Shown: positions 37,041-55,439, numbered from the stretch's first letter. The stretch is 64,000 nucleotides of DNA from Octopus vulgaris (GCA_951406725.2 CATOCA020000001.1:2418001-2482000); one strand, 5' to 3'. A program made the numbers and translations. Notes: generated by a model from the sequence alone, not told the origin.

Positions 37041-40030
37041 TCAAAAATGGAAGATAAAATTCCTGGAGGACTGGATCGATGCCCATCCAAACCACATCCC
37101 TTTCTTCGTCCTCACTGAAACCCATCTTAGTAACCTCCACTTGGAAGCCGAGGTGAAAGTTAAAAATTTCAAAGCCATTCGTGCTGATCGTGCTGGCAGA
37201 ATAAAGGGTGGGACTGCCATTTATGTTCATGATTCATTCTCAACAGACGCTATGAACATATTTTCCAATGGATACTGCGAAGCAGTCGCTGTATTCAGTC
37301 AAACCAACAACTTAACTGTAGTTGGGCTCTACAGACCACCCCAAACGCCCCTACCATGCTTCAAGGAATGCCTCAACAACATAAAGTGTTTCATTCAGCA
37401 GTGTCAACCTGACAACATTTTAATGACGGGAGACTTCAACCTTCCCGGGGCTGACTGGTCAACAAACAGTCTGCCGCCAGGTTCTTCTCTCTCAACCCCT
37501 GACAGGGAGGCAGTGGAATCGCTTCTTGACTTCATGGATGATTTCTTCCTGTCCCAACTGGTGCTCGAACCAACGAGATGTCACAAAAACGTCTTAGACT
37601 TAATTTTCAGCAATCACACTGATACTATCCACAATATTGCAGTGGAGAAAACTTTACTCTCTGATCATGACATGGTTCTCTGTGATCTGAGATTTCACCG
37701 GCCAAAATGCAAAACAAATGTCATCCCTCCTGTTCATCCATTTGACACTATGGATTTCCACAATGCAAACTGGGAAGCGATCAATAATGATCTTGCACAA
37801 GTCGATTGGTCCTTCACGCACACACACACACCCACTAACATCAAAAAGTCCTGGCAGTCATTTGTAGACACCATTACGAACATATGTGCAAACCACACCC
37901 CATTAAGATCTGCAAACAAATCTAAGTGTCGAATCCCTAGAAATAGAAAATATCTCATCAGGAAAATTAAAAGAATTAACAAAAAAAATCAACGAGCTGA
38001 AATACTGTCAACAGCAACACATCAACCTGACTGCCATCTCGTCGCTAGAGATTAAAAAACATAAACTCCAAAACAACATGATGTCTATCATCAATAGTCA
38101 GCGAAGAGCTGAAGAGGCCTGGGCCATTGAGAAAATCAAACTCAATCCCAAAGTATTCTTTTCATTTGCAAAAAAACACAGAGTCACTGGTTCTACTGTT
38201 GGCCCTCTGATTGATGAAAATGGTACTCTTCAAGACAATGCCAAAACCATGGGAGAGATATTGCAGAAACAATACTGCTCTGTTTTCAGCAATCCTGATA
38301 TCACTGATCTGGTCTGTATCAGTGATGTTACTCGCCAATACACTTTATCGGACATAACCTTTGGCGCTCCTGATGTCTTAGCAGCAATAAAGGAAATGAA
38401 GCATAAATCAGCAGTAGGTCCCGATAGGTTCCCTGCTTGTGTCTTGAAGATGTGTCAACACCAACTTGCACCCACTTGAGCCAATCTGTGGCGGAACTCA
38501 CTGGATGCTGGATATATACCAGAAGACCTATCCCAGTTTGTATTCCCAGTTTTCAAAAAAGGAAACAAATCGCTTGCCGTGAATTACCGTCCAATCTCAC
38601 TCACCTCTCATATCATTAAGGTATTTGAGAGAGTGCTGAGATCGCGTATGACTCACTTCCTTGAGAGTCATGATATGCTGAACTCCAACCAGCATGGATT
38701 CCGTAATGGAAGGGATTGCCTGACGCAGCTACTGCATCATTTTGATGTCATTTTGAGAGCCTTGGGAGAGGGTTCCAACACTGATGTCATCTACCTTGAT
38801 TTCAGCAAGGCCTTTGACAGGTTTGATCATAAGATCCTTTTGGGAAAGCTGTCTAATATTGGTGTCACTAGAAAGCTGCTACAGTGGATCAAGTGCTTCC
38901 TGTCTAACAGAACCCAACATGTTGTAGTCGAAGGAGTCAAATCCAGCCCAGCCAAAGTCAGCAGTGGTGTCCCACAAGGCACGGTGTTGGGCCCACTTCT
39001 CTTCATCATCTACATAAATGATATTACTGACACCATCAAACACAGTAACATCAGAACCTTCGCTGATGATTCCAAGCTCCAGAAGGTCATCAATGGCGTG
39101 GATGACCGAATAAGCCTTCAGTCAGACCTACTGGCTGTTGTCCAATGGGCGGAAAAGAACAACATATTGCTAAACATAGACAAATTCGAACTGATCCACT
39201 TTGGAAGGGAGGACGCTCTGAAACTCCCATACTCCCTTCCTTCTGGAGAAATTATCATGGCGTCCAACAACATCAGAGATTTGGGAGTAACAGTGGACAG
39301 CAACATAAGCTGGGCTACACATATAAGCAGCAAATTTGACATGGCCCGCAGAATGTGTTCCTGGATTCTCAGAACCTTCCAGTCGAGAGATTCCCACACC
39401 ATTATCCTTCTCTTCTTCACTTTTGCCCGACCCCCACCTTGAATACTGTTGTCCACTGTGGTCTCCCTACACGAAACAAAATATTATGAGAATTGAAGCT
39501 CCCCAAAGGTCAATCACAAAAAGATAGATGGCATGTCAGACCTTGACTACTGGGGTAGACTAGAGAAGCTGAAACTGTATTCACTCCAACAACACCGTGA
39601 ACGCTACATTATCTGTATGATGTGGAAAATATTCCATCAGCACTGTCCGAATGATGTTGGCATCACCTTCAAAATACATCCAAGGCTTGGACAACGTGCC
39701 ATCCGTCCACAACAAAAATCTAAATCGCATCACATAACAACAATACGGCACAATTATTTCACCTCAATTGGAACCGCTCTCTTCAACATTACACCAGGAC
39801 ACGTCAAAACAGAAACTGACCACACAAAATTCAAGAAGTCTTTGGACAAATTCCTTCAAACAGTCCCGGACAAACCATCCACACCCGGATATGTCTCCGC
39901 AAACAATAACTGTCTGCTCGAATGGGCCTTGGTGCCCAAATCCTGAATTGAAAGACTTCGCCAGGTGGTGCTATTAAGTTAGACATGGCCTGGGCCAATA
40001 CTGGCCAAAACCTTTCTAAGTTATTCTAAG

Positions 40031-40033
<3 letters not shown>
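37040..40033 (+). mobile_element. CR1/Jockey-group LINE ORF2 (APE + RT), 5'-truncated and disrupted
   Basis: LTETHL, GLYRPP, GDFNLP, SDH; NYRPISLTSHIIKVFER, YLDFSKAFD, GVPQGTVLGP, FADD. Several stops and frameshifts. Embedded in (TA)n. Confidence 0.93.
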
Positions 40034-40086
<53 letters not shown>

Positions 40087-40201
40087 GTATGTATATATGT
40101 ATGTATATATGTATGTATATATGTATGTATGTATATATCTATATATATCTATATATATATGCATGCATATAACTATGTATATATGTATGTATATATATGT
40201 A

Positions 40202-40246
<45 letters not shown>

Positions 40247-40460
40247 GTATGTATATATGTATGTATATATGTATTTATGTATATATGTATGTATGTATAT
40301 ATATATATATCTATATATATATACATACATACATGTATATATTTATGTATATATGTATATATTTATGTATATATACATGTATGTATGCATATATATATAT
40401 ATATATACATGTATATATATATTTGTATGTATGAGTATAAGCGTATGTATGAGTATGTAT
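40034..40460. repeat. (TA)n/(TATG)n microsatellite
   Basis: Seen directly. Confidence 0.97.
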
Positions 40461-40753
40461 GAGAAGGAGAAATTTTTTTTCAAGAATATTGTTTACTTTA
40501 ATATTTGTGTCTTTGTGAAATAGATGTTGGTTGGATTATGTTCTTCGTTATCTTTGTATTAATGGCGGGGGAGAAGGATGGCGTTCCAGTGTCTTTTGTT
40601 TATTTTAACTCATAAAATTATGTGTAATTAAAATTACTTCATCAGTAAATGAAGGATTTAAAAATATCCTTCCTTCCCCCCATCCCCATCCACTCTAATA
40701 CTCCAATATAAATATCTTTTATAGGTAATTCCAGCCTGAAGAATTCAATATGT

Positions 40754-40806
<53 letters not shown>

Positions 40807-41962
40807 TTTTAGTCAGTTGTCTGTTTGCTCAACAATATCAAAAATATGTTTGGGAAATTATTGGCAGATACATTCGTTTGCTTCCTGGAAAACTGAAAAT
40901 TGAGAATAATTTTTTAGCCTGAAGAGAAGGTGTGGAAGGATGAGCGGGAGGAGAGGTGGTGGTCATGGGGAAGACTCTTGTAAAGGATTATTCCTGTTGA
41001 AATTAAGTAATGAGATTATTAACTGAAAACATGTAAACTTGTCTTGTTCAATTATCAATGTCCCTTAAGTGTTGCATTATCTACACAAGTGCAATCTCTG
41101 AAATAATTTGAAAACAGCTAAATTGAATTGAGAAGAAATAATTAAATTAAAAACAGAATACATTGATAATGCTTGTTCTTTTCTGAAGAATTATATTTGA
41201 CAGAAGGAATTACACAATGTTGTTGTTTTTAACAATGCTGTTCAAATATTTGCTTTTAAATTTCTCATTTTTATATTAAAAAATATATAACACTGCTCCT
41301 AATGAAAACTGTTTTTCTTTTCTTTTTATCTTGCTTTAAATTTTTAAATTTTAAAATCAAACAAAATGTATTAAGGGGGTAAAACGTAGTGACTTCATGC
41401 AAAATTTTAATATGAAACAAATTCACAAACTGGAATAAAAACAAAAAAAATTATCATACTCAAATAAACTTGCAGACATAAGTCCATTAAAGGCATCATT
41501 ATGAAAACATATTCAAAATTTGGTTATTAATAACCAAATAGTAGAAACCGATTGACAAGATGAGACATTTCAAATAGATTTTTTATAATGAACTGCTGTC
41601 AAATGTAAATAAAGGAAATGTTAACACAGGAGATAATGACTGTGAACGATCTGCTAATTAAAGCGCAATTAGCAACATGGGTGATGGTTTAGTTAGCAAC
41701 ACTCACTGGTAAAGAAAAACAGGGATTACCTCCCCTTGCCTTTCAACTCCATCCAAGCATGTTCCATGCATTAAATACCTGCCAGTTGTTACTTGGGGAT
41801 TCGACAGGATTGTTAGCGGATTGCTTAGAATGTATTGAAGTAGTCATTCTGGCATTCTGTGCCCTGAGTTCAAATCCCATCAACGTCAACTTTGCTTTTT
41901 CATTCTTTCAATACAACATCAGGTACTGAAAGGAATACATCATTATATTTTGCACTCTCTCA

Positions 41963-42000
<38 letters not shown>

Positions 42001-43027
42001 TTCTCTTTTTCTTTGAAAGATTTCCACTGTAGTTTAACAGAGAGAGGGGTTAGCTACATCATGTTTAAAATACCCAAATATGAGTGTGAGGAAGGCGTCC
42101 TTATGATTCTGACAACATATGATGACTGAAGACAGGGAATGGATATGAATAGACCCCCTCATCAATAGATATACCCAATACTCAATCCTATTGAACAACC
42201 ACAGTTATCTGTGGTAGTAGTAAGTACATCAGATAAAAATGCTATCTGATGCGTCTACTGAAAATCTAAGCAGGGTCCTGTCAAACTGTTCCTGTCTATT
42301 TATTTGCACAAGCTAATAATGAACCAATGAGAGATCGTGTATGTGGTGGTTAGGTCTGTTAGATGTAGCAGCCACATCTGCCTCGTATCTTAAAACAAGG
42401 ACATGTGAACTCACATGGTTATATGGTCATTGCAAATAGGAAAAAGACAGGATGGTCACAGCTAGAATGCTTTTGATCTCAGGCCTGCGCAGTCAGGGTT
42501 GACCAAGGGCTAAACAGCACATTTTATTATTAGTATTGTTGTTGTTATTGTTGTTAAGGTGACGGAAATGTGAGCACATCAGGCAAAACGCTTAGTAGCA
42601 TTTCTTCTGACTTTACATTCCAAATTCTGATTACCATGAAGCTGACTTTGCCTTTCATCCTGTTAGGGTCAGTAAAATAGGTACCAGTTGAGTACTGGGG
42701 TTGATTAATGGACTATATATTCCACTTTACCAAAATTGTTTTTATCTTCATCATCATCATCATTATCATCATCATTATCATTATGGCGGCAAGTTGGCAG
42801 AAACATTAGCACATTGGACAAAATGCTTAGCAGCATTTTATTCACCTTTATGTTCTGAGTTCAAATTCCACCAAGGTAGACTTTGACTTTCATCCTTTCA
42901 GGGTCAATAAATTAACTATCAGTGAAACACTGGGGTCATTGTAATTGACTAATCATCCTTCCCCAAATTTCAGGCTTTCTGCCTTTAGTAGAAGTTATTA
43001 TCATTATTATTATTATTATTATTATCA

Positions 43028-43098
<71 letters not shown>

Positions 43099-43099
<1 letters not shown>

Positions 43100-45060
43100 T
43101 ATGTTTGACTTTTGCTTTATATTTGTACAAGTTGGCTCCAAGTCTCACCCAGAGACCTCAAGAGACAACAGGGTTGGAAGTTCATGTTGTTGTTATGCCT
43201 AGTGTGCCATATATTCAGGGTGTGGGGATGTTGTACTAATGAATGTCTAAAAAAAAAAAGGTTTTTTTTTTTTTTTTTTTAAACCGAAAATTATGTTTGT
43301 TTTAAACCTTGAGATTACATAGAGAGTATTTTGCGTAGGATATGAGCAGTTCCCATGAGCACTATCTTTTGAACTTCTGCCATTTTTGGGTTTCCTGGTA
43401 TCTGAGTTAGGTAGCTATCAGCCCCTTTTGCTATCATTCCCAGGGCACCTATGACAACAGGTATTGTTTTAGTCTTCAGCTTCCACATTTTGCTGATTTC
43501 TATTTCAAGATCTTTATATTTGCTCAGTTTTTGGTAGGTCTTGACAGATACGTTTATATCAATTGGGACAGTCATATCAATGAGGAGGCATGTTCTTTGT
43601 TTGAAGTTTTTCAATATGATGTCTGGCCTATTTGCATCTATCTTCCTGTCAGTTTGAATGGTGAAGTTCCAGAGGAGTGAGATGTGGTCATTTTCAAGCA
43701 CTGGGGGTGGTTTGTGTTCCCACCAGTTTTTTTCATGGGGCAAATCCAGGTTTTTACAGATTACCCAGTGAATATATTGTGCAGCTCTATCGTGCCTGTT
43801 GAGATACTCTGTAGGCGCTAGAAGACTGCACTTGGAGACCACATGGTCAATGGTTTCATTTTGTTGCTTGCATACACGACACGTTGGACTGCTTCTGATC
43901 TTTAATATGTTGGCCTGGTAGTTTCTTGTTGGTAGGCATTGATCTTGAGCTGCTATGATAAACCCTTCTGTTTCAGATTTTAAGCCAGAGGCCATTAGCC
44001 ATTGATGGGTCAGGGCTTTGTCGATATCTGCATTATTCGCTCTCTTTGGGTATTTGCCATTTAGAGGTTTTTCTTGCCATTTATTATTCAGAATATCTAA
44101 GGCCGCAGTTTTGGCACGGGTTTTCATGCGCCTAGCTTTTTCTGTGCTTGTTTCTTGTATATCTATCTCTAATTCCGAAATTGGTTGTATTCGGAATTCA
44201 CTTAGATATTCCTTTGCCTGTTTTGTGACTGAGTATGATGCTTTCTTGTTTTCATGTTTTGAGACAAGTTTTAGCATCCAGTCCTCAGAGTTTTTCAGGT
44301 AGGTGTCTAGGCCAATTGTAGCAATCTTCATTGTTATTGCCAGTTGCAAAAGACCACGGCCTCCCTCTTTTCTTGGCAGATAGAGTCGTTCTGTATCTGC
44401 CTTAGGGTGGTGCATTCTATGCATTGTCAACAGTTTCCTTATTTTTCTGTCGAGCTGACATATTTCAGTAATTGACCAGTTAACAATATTGAAACTGTAA
44501 GTCAGGACTGGTATAGCTAATGCATTGATTGCTTCGATCCTGTTTCTTGCATTCAGCTCTGTCTTGAGTATTGCTCTCACTCTTCGATAGCATTCTCTCC
44601 TGATCCTTTCCTTCATCTCTGAATGCCTTATTCCGTTCCCTTCAATTACCCCTAGGTACTTGTAGCTCTCCGCTGGGTCTAGTTCTTTTATGACATTCTG
44701 TTGGTCAAGGTTAACGTTAGATGTTTCTGTCATTTTTCCTTTGATAAAGGTAGCCTTTGCACATTTATCGAGGCCGAATTGCATTCTGATGTCGTCACTG
44801 AATTGTTTGACTATCGCTAGTAAGCCCTTGAGTTGTTGATCATTTTTTGCAAAAGCTTTAAATCATCCATGTAAACGAGATGATTTATATTTTTATCAAA
44901 CATTTTATACCCGTACTGCGCGTCATTGAGCAGCTTTGAGAGAGGTATTAAGGATAAACAAAAGAGGAGTGGTGACAGTGAGTCACCCTGGAAAATGCTA
45001 CACGAAATTTTTACATCACCAGCATTTAGGGATTCACTGTCACTGTTCAGAGTTAGTGTG
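43099..45060 (-). mobile_element. R4/Dong-clade non-LTR retrotransposon with restriction-like endonuclease, 5'-truncated
   Basis: RT motifs IFQGDSLSPLLF and YMDDLK. ORF 43315-44784 has FGLDKC, GGRGL, a CRVC..ETIDHVVSKC knuckle, RHD, RPDII, IDMTVP and KYKDL. Flanked by (TAA)n on both sides. Confidence 0.92.
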
Positions 45061-48627
<3,567 letters not shown>

Positions 48628-48759
48628 TTATCTATCTTTCTATCTATCTACCTATCTATTGATGTCAATCTCTCTCCGTCTCAGTCACTCTCTCTCCCTC
48701 TCTCCCTCTCTCTCTTTTCTCCCTTATTATATATATATCGCTATATAACTCCGGCTTAA

Positions 48760-48990
48760 TTGTTTATTGCCCACAAGGGGCTAAACATAGAGGGGACAAA
48801 CAAGGACAGACAAACGGATTAAGTCGATTTCATCGACCCCAGTGCGTAACTAGTACTTAATTTATCGACCCCGAAAGGATGAAAGGCAAAGTCGACCTCG
48901 CTGGAATTTGAACTCACAACATAAAGGCGGACGAAATGCCACAAAACATTTGGTCCGGCGTGCTAACGTTTCTGCCAGCTCGCCGCCTTC
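48760..48990 (-). mobile_element. SINE family B, single copy
   Basis: Matches the other B copies. Confidence 0.85.
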
Positions 48991-50689
48991 TTATTGATTC
49001 TCTTACCTCACACACTGTTTTCCTCACATCCGCTTTCTCCTCTCTCTCTCTCTCTCTCTTTCCTATCCTCTCTCCCTCTCTCTCTCTCTCTATTCCTCGC
49101 ATCTACATCATATATTCGAGTTATCCCTCTTTCTCTCCTTTCTCTCACCATCTCGTTACACATTCATTTCAATCTCTCCACCTCCCTTGCTACATCACTT
49201 ACCTTATCCTCTCCCTCACTTGCCGCAACTCTGTCTCATACTCACCCCCTCTCTTTCTCTGTTACCCCCATTCATTAACGTATCACACCCCGCCCTCTCC
49301 CTTTTCCCACTCCCCCCACCGCATTAGACATTACCCTTTCCCTCTTCCTTTAATTTTATTTCTCAGACGCTTCTGTCCTTCTAATAAATTATATTTTCAG
49401 ATTTGCCTTAAAATTGTTTTCTTGTTTACGTTGATTACTAACTAATTAATTATTTAACTAATTTAATGAAAATAGTTCAGTCATTGAAGGACAATTTAAG
49501 AAACCTTTATTAAAAGAACTGTCTTATAGAGGACTTCACTTTATGCTAGAAATAACTGTCAAGTGCTCAGAAATTTGTGTTCTTTTTCATAGAGAACTGA
49601 AAGGTCTTAAAGAATCATAAATCTGCCCCCGTCAAAGTGGTCAGTATTGATGCTGAAAACACAAACCAAGGGACTTCAAATTCCCTTTGTTTATCCTTTG
49701 TTATGTATGTAAGTGAAGGATAACTTCAGAAAACTTTATGAAACAATCTGACCCCTATATTGTCTCGCATCATTCAAGAAAGACCAACGATGCTTCGTAT
49801 TGTACTACAGGTGGTCCGGTATCTTGCTAGAAATAATAGCTCATTGTATCATTTTCATGCACGACTGAAGGATACTTTAAAAAGCATCTGGAGAAATATT
49901 GTCCATCTGGTGGTCTTACGTGATGCTAGAAATAACAGCCACGTACGCTAAAATTTTGTATTGTTTTCCTATAAGAAATAAGGACACTTAAAAACCCTCT
50001 ACACACACACACACATATCCTTCGCTGTGCTTCTCCAATTCTTTCACTCCCTCTCTCAACCGATACACTCCCTCTCCCATCTTTGTCTCAGAGGAGACCC
50101 CCTCACTCTCTCTCTCTCTCTCTCCCTCTTTACCACCTCATATATCATAATATCCCTCTACTTCTTTTGCTTTCTCGCCCACGTCAATCCCTCCCCCTCA
50201 ATTTCCAAACCTCTCTCTCTCCCCCCACCTCATTATATAATGCTCTATGACTACGCCTTCTTTGCTTTTATCTCTTACCTCATACTTTCCCTCTTTTGCT
50301 AAGCTTATATATCCCCTCCCTTTCTATCCTCTTTCTATCTCTCTCTCTCTTCATCTCTCTCTCTATCTCTCTCTCTCTCTCTCTCTGTCGCTTTGTCTGT
50401 CTCATTATTTGCCTCTCTCCTTCTCACTCTCTTTTCTTACTACTCTCTCTCTCTCTATCTTCCAACCCCTGTCACTGTCACTCCCCCTCTCTCTCTTACC
50501 TCATTATATATTAACTCTCCGCCTATTTTCTCCTTGTCTCTCAACTCCTACTCTCCCTCTCTATCAATTATGTTTTGTTCTAATCCTCTCTCTCTCTCTC
50601 TCTCCTTCTTACTCTCCATATTTCTCCCTCTCTTTCCGTCTCTCTCTTTTTCTCCCACTCACTCTCCCTCCTCCTCTCTTCAAAGAACG

Positions 50690-50869
50690 AAAGAATCACT
50701 TCGACTTTCTTTCTTTCCTTCTTTTTCCTTTCCTTTCTTTTTCTTTCTTTCTTTCTTTCCTCTCCTTTCCTTCTTTCTTTCTTCTTTCTTTCTTTCCTGC
50801 TTTCTTTCTTTCTTTCCTTTCCTTTCCTCTCTTTCCTTCTTCCTTTCTTTCTTTCTTTCCTTCTTTCTT

Positions 50870-50913
<44 letters not shown>

Positions 50914-51217
50914 TCCTTTCCTTCCTTCCTTCTTTCTTTCTTTCTTTCTTTCTTTCTTTACTCTTTCTTTCTTTCTTTCTTTCTTTCTTTTCTTTCTTTC
51001 TTTCTTTCTTTCTTTCTATTTGTCTCTAGCCTTGTTTCCTTCTTTCATTCATTCTTTCTCTCTTACTATCTTCTATTCTCTCTCTCTTTCTCTCTCTCTT
51101 TCTTTCTCTCTTTCTTTCTTTCTATTTGTCTCTAGCCTTGTTTCCTTCTTTCATTCATTCTTTCTCTATTACTATCTTCTATTCTCTCTCTCTCTCTCCC
51201 CTCTTTCTCTATCTCTT

Positions 51218-51260
<43 letters not shown>

Positions 51261-51331
51261 ATTTGTCTCTAGCCTTGTTTCCTTCTTTCATTCATTCTTT
51301 CTCTCTTACTATCTTCTATTCTCTCTCTCTT

Positions 51332-51364
<33 letters not shown>

Positions 51365-51800
51365 CTATTTGTCTCTAGCCTTGTTTCCTTCTTTCATTCA
51401 TTCTTTCTCTCTTACTATCTTCTATTCTCTCTCTCTCTCCTTCCCCTCTTTCTCTCTCTCATTCTCATCTCGTTCTTTATTACAGAATCACTTCACGTTT
51501 TTTTCTTTCTTTCCATCTTTCTTCCTCACTTTCTTGTTCTGTTTCTTCTTTCTTCCTTCATTTCATTATTCCTTCCTTCCATCTTTTCTTTCTTTCTTTT
51601 TCCCTCCCATCCTTCCCTTCTTTCTTCTTTTCTCTCTTGATTTCCTTCTTTCTCGTTGTCTCTTCCTCCCTCTCTCCTTTCACTTTCTCTTTTGTCATCT
51701 CTGTAACCCCATCTCTCAATCCTTCCTGTCTCTCTCTCTCTCTCTCTCTCTCTCCTTCAAACCCATCTCTTTGTCTCCCTCTTCTTCTCTCTCTTTAACT
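50690..51800. repeat. (TTTC)n/(TC)n low-complexity tract with internal duplications
   Basis: Seen directly. Related tracts lie at 56540-57520 (inverted) and 59950-64000. Confidence 0.9.
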
Positions 51801-52409
51801 CTGACCCTTCCTGTATCTGACTGTCTGTCTGTCTACCTGTGTGTCTCTCTCCTTTTCTTTGCTTCTCTCTCCCTCTCTCTCTCACCTCATTATTTATTAC
51901 TCTACCATTCTGCCTCTCTTCCCATTTATAAGTCTGAAACCTATTTAGGGGTAATTTGGGGTCACTAAGTTTTAAAATAGCAATATTTTTCTTTTCTATC
52001 ACATCACGTGATTTTTCCCTACGGACTGGTCCATATTAACCCACCCATAGCTCCATCTTTCAGAAATTTCTCGATGTGTTTTTGGTAGAGTAGCTTAGCA
52101 GTAAGAATCTCAGAGTCAGTTGAGCATTCAGTGAGTGAGGTTGTGACGCTCTGTTGGCCTCGTATACATACATGTATAGAAGTGTGTTTCCTAATATCTC
52201 TGTGCTTCAACGCTCGGTCGTCTCAATCTGCTTTGTTAATCTCTTCTTACTATCAACAAATGTACAAAAGACATCATCGTTAAACATTTCTGTTGAATAT
52301 TTATTTTATCCAAGTATTTCGACATCTATTTAGACAAACCTAGATACATAAATATGCTCTTTGTTATTTTCTCTCTTTTCACATTTATCTCCTGAAATAA
52401 TGCAGAGGT

Positions 52410-53745
52410 TCAGTAGCATGGTGTCATTGCGAAGGAAATGATTGAAATTCCCTGACACCTGTGGGTGTTTTACAGTATCAAGTCCAAGAATGAACATTGC
52501 TCAATTGACTTACCTGAAGATTAAAGTTGGCAATCGGTATAAATCATGGGTCCCGCTCAATATATGTAAACCCGGTGCCGAAAAATCTATGCCAATCAAC
52601 AAAGGACTCAAACAAACAACTAACTTTTGGCATTCCTATGGCATGGTAAGAACCGAAGAACCATATTAAAGATTGCTACTTTTGTCTCACAAATTCTTCT
52701 GGTTATAGCAAGAGATTGCGACAGAACAAATCTGGATTCATCAAATCGTCCAATGTTTCACCCAGAACCCAGTTTCAAGGATCTACCGTCATTGCAAGAT
52801 AAAACTGGTATATGTGAAGTAGATGTAAAACATGAAGATGACAGTGATACAGACTTTGTAGTAACATCGACCAAAGAACGTGAAAACCAGGCAGAACTCA
52901 AGTATTTCGTTAGAGACCTACGACTGTCACAAGAGTTATCGGAACTTATCTTCTAGGCTTAAAGAGAAGAATGTGTTGCAGAAACGTGACTTTTTATCAG
53001 AACAAAGAAAAAGTCCTCTTAGCATTCATTACAACTGAAAATTATTTTGTTTACTGTTGTGACGTGGCAGGACTGTTAAATGCGATGGGTGGTGGATACT
53101 ATGACCGTAGTGAGTTTATAGATAGCTGAAAGAAGTGTCTAAAATGTTTGTTAGTCCATAATTGAAACTTGTTTGCTGCGCTTCCTATTGGTCACTCTGT
53201 GAACTTAAAAGAGAATTATGATCACATAAAAGTTGAATTAGATTTACCCAAATCTGATGAACACAAATGGGTCATATGTGTGGATCTAAAAATGCTCAAC
53301 TTTTTACTTGGTCAACAAAGAGTTTACACAAAACATCCGTCTTTCCTGGGTTTATGCGATAACCAAACGAGAGACAATCATAGGGAGCCGGAAACTCTGG
53401 CAAGTAAGGAAAAGTTTGACTTCTGGAGAGAAGAATATCATACACGAAACACTTGTTGAGCGAGAGAAAATCATCTTCTCAACCCTTCATTTTAAACTAG
53501 GACTAATGAAGTAATATATCGAAGCTCTTAATGTGGAGAGTAGCTGTTTCAAATTCATATGTTTAGCATTTCCTGTGTTATGATAAAATAATGGATGGTG
53601 TTTTTTGATGGGTCACAAATCCGAAAGTTAATGAAATGCCAGACATTCTCGTGCTCGATGACTGACGTAGAAAAAAGAGCATGGGATTCATTTGTGGCTG
53701 TTGTGAAAGGATTTGTAGCGAGTGAAAAGGCTGAGAACTACAATA
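52410..53745 (+). mobile_element. Decayed Chapaev3-like (CMC group) DNA transposase
   Basis: Fragments KVGNRYKSWVP..ICK, FGIPMAW*EPKNHIKDCYFC, WVICVDLKMLNFLLGQQ, LHFKLGLMK and FDGSQIRKLMK. Many stops. Family assigned from recalled motifs. Confidence 0.72.
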
Positions 53746-53796
53746 AGGATTCATTATTTATTTGTCCTCATTTTGTTTGTTGTTCTCATTCCTAAG

Positions 53797-54942
53797 GTAT
53801 TTTTCGATGTTATTATTATTATTAAGGTCATTGCCTGGATTCGAACTCGGAATCTTGGGGTTAGTAGCCTGTGGGCAATTATGGAGTGAATTTTATGGGT
53901 TATAAACCTAATATTTCCCTATCCTTCCTTAATACCGGTTCCCATATGCTGCTCATATCTGCACTCGGTCTGCTTAGGAGGATGTTGTGTCTTTGCATAT
54001 GTGCTGCTTCTTTTAGTTTTCCTATTTTCCAGTGGTGTTCTCTGTCTATTATTTTAACTTCATCCCACCCGGATGAGGTGGTCTCCATTTTTCCATACAT
54101 GATCACCTATACCCGTTTTATCAATATCTCCTCGTGTCACAGCTTTGCGATGTGCGTCTACCCTTATTTTGAGGGGGAGGCATGTTTCGCCTTTGTATAA
54201 CCTACCACAGCTGCATGGGATGGAGTACACGCAGTCTTTGGTCATATTCTCTTCTATTGGTGGTTTAACTCGAAGGAAATATTTGCGAAGTGTTGTATTA
54301 CTCTTGAATACTGTCCTGATGTCATATGGACCGCATATCTTTTGTATCTTTTCGGAGAAGCCTTTCACATAGGGTAGACAGACTGTGGACAGTTTATTGG
54401 TTTCATCCTCTCTTTTCTTCATAATTAGAGTGGATTGTATATTTTGGGGTAGTTGTTACTTAATAGATTGTTACTTAGCTTGATCATTTCTTCGTTGTGG
54501 GTATCACAATCGCTACTTATATTCATTGCTCGATGTTTTAGGCACTGAGCAATCCCTCTCTTTACACTGTATGGATTGTAGGAATTGAAGTTGAGGTATC
54601 GTCCGGTGAAGGTCGGCTTGTAGTATACGGATGTCCTGAATCCATACTTGGTGCATGTTATTAATACGTCCAGGAATGCCAGCTGATTGTATTTCTCCTT
54701 TTCCATTGTGAACTGTATGGATGGCTTTATTGAGTTCACATGATATAACAGCACTTGGCCATATTCCTGGTGGGGCCAGACTATAAACGTGTCATCAACA
54801 TATCGCAGACATAGGGTTGGTTTTAGTGGTGTTGATACTAAGATTCACTCCATAATTGCACACGGGCATATGACGCAGTGGTTAAGAGCGCGGGCTACTA
54901 ACCCTAAGATTCCGAGTTCGATTCTCGATTCCAGACAGGGAT

Positions 54943-55006
<64 letters not shown>

Positions 55007-55016
55007 TGGAAAATAT
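53797..55016 (-). mobile_element. Penelope-like element (RT C-terminus + GIY-YIG), 5'-truncated, with inverted termini
   Basis: LRYVDDTF, IQFTMEKE, FLDVLI, YYKPT; CLPYVKG, CVYSIPCSCGRLYKGET, KLKEAAH. Inverted repeats at 53797-53891 and 54843-55016. Confidence 0.9.
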
Positions 55017-55439
55017 GTAGTACTCCTTGGAGTAGTCCGTCCGCTTTGGTCCTCCCGTGACTCCCACCTCTCACCTGTGGTTCATCAATGCTATCTGCAT
55101 GCAACAATATCCACACCCACGCTCACGGCTTCCACAGGCTGGCTAAACCATGGTAAGGGTAGCACACGGCCTTTAACCATTGGTGGACTAGGGCTTGTCT
55201 ACCTAAGGATGTGAACCGGTTGAGTGTGCTGAGGAAACCACTAGACAGGCTCAACGGACCCGCAAACTTTGTGGAGGGTGAACTGCAACCTGTCTGTAGT
55301 TTTCTTGACTTCATCCTTCCACTGGAATCACAGAGGAAGGGACGAGAGAGTGAGCCAGATGCTATTGTGCAACCTTCCCTCACTTTAATCCATGTCACGC
55401 TCAATTCAAGATATCACACCATCCCAGGGTCAAGTAAAA

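Noticed and set aside
40520-42990. Possible additional host exons in the less repetitive interval
   Set aside because: No ORF with credible splice sites or homology; only decayed SINE-B remnants and AT-rich sequence.
55020-55430. GC-richer stretch, possibly a LINE 5'UTR or HDV-like ribozyme
   Set aside because: I could not build a nested double pseudoknot or find protein similarity by eye, so it is left unassigned.
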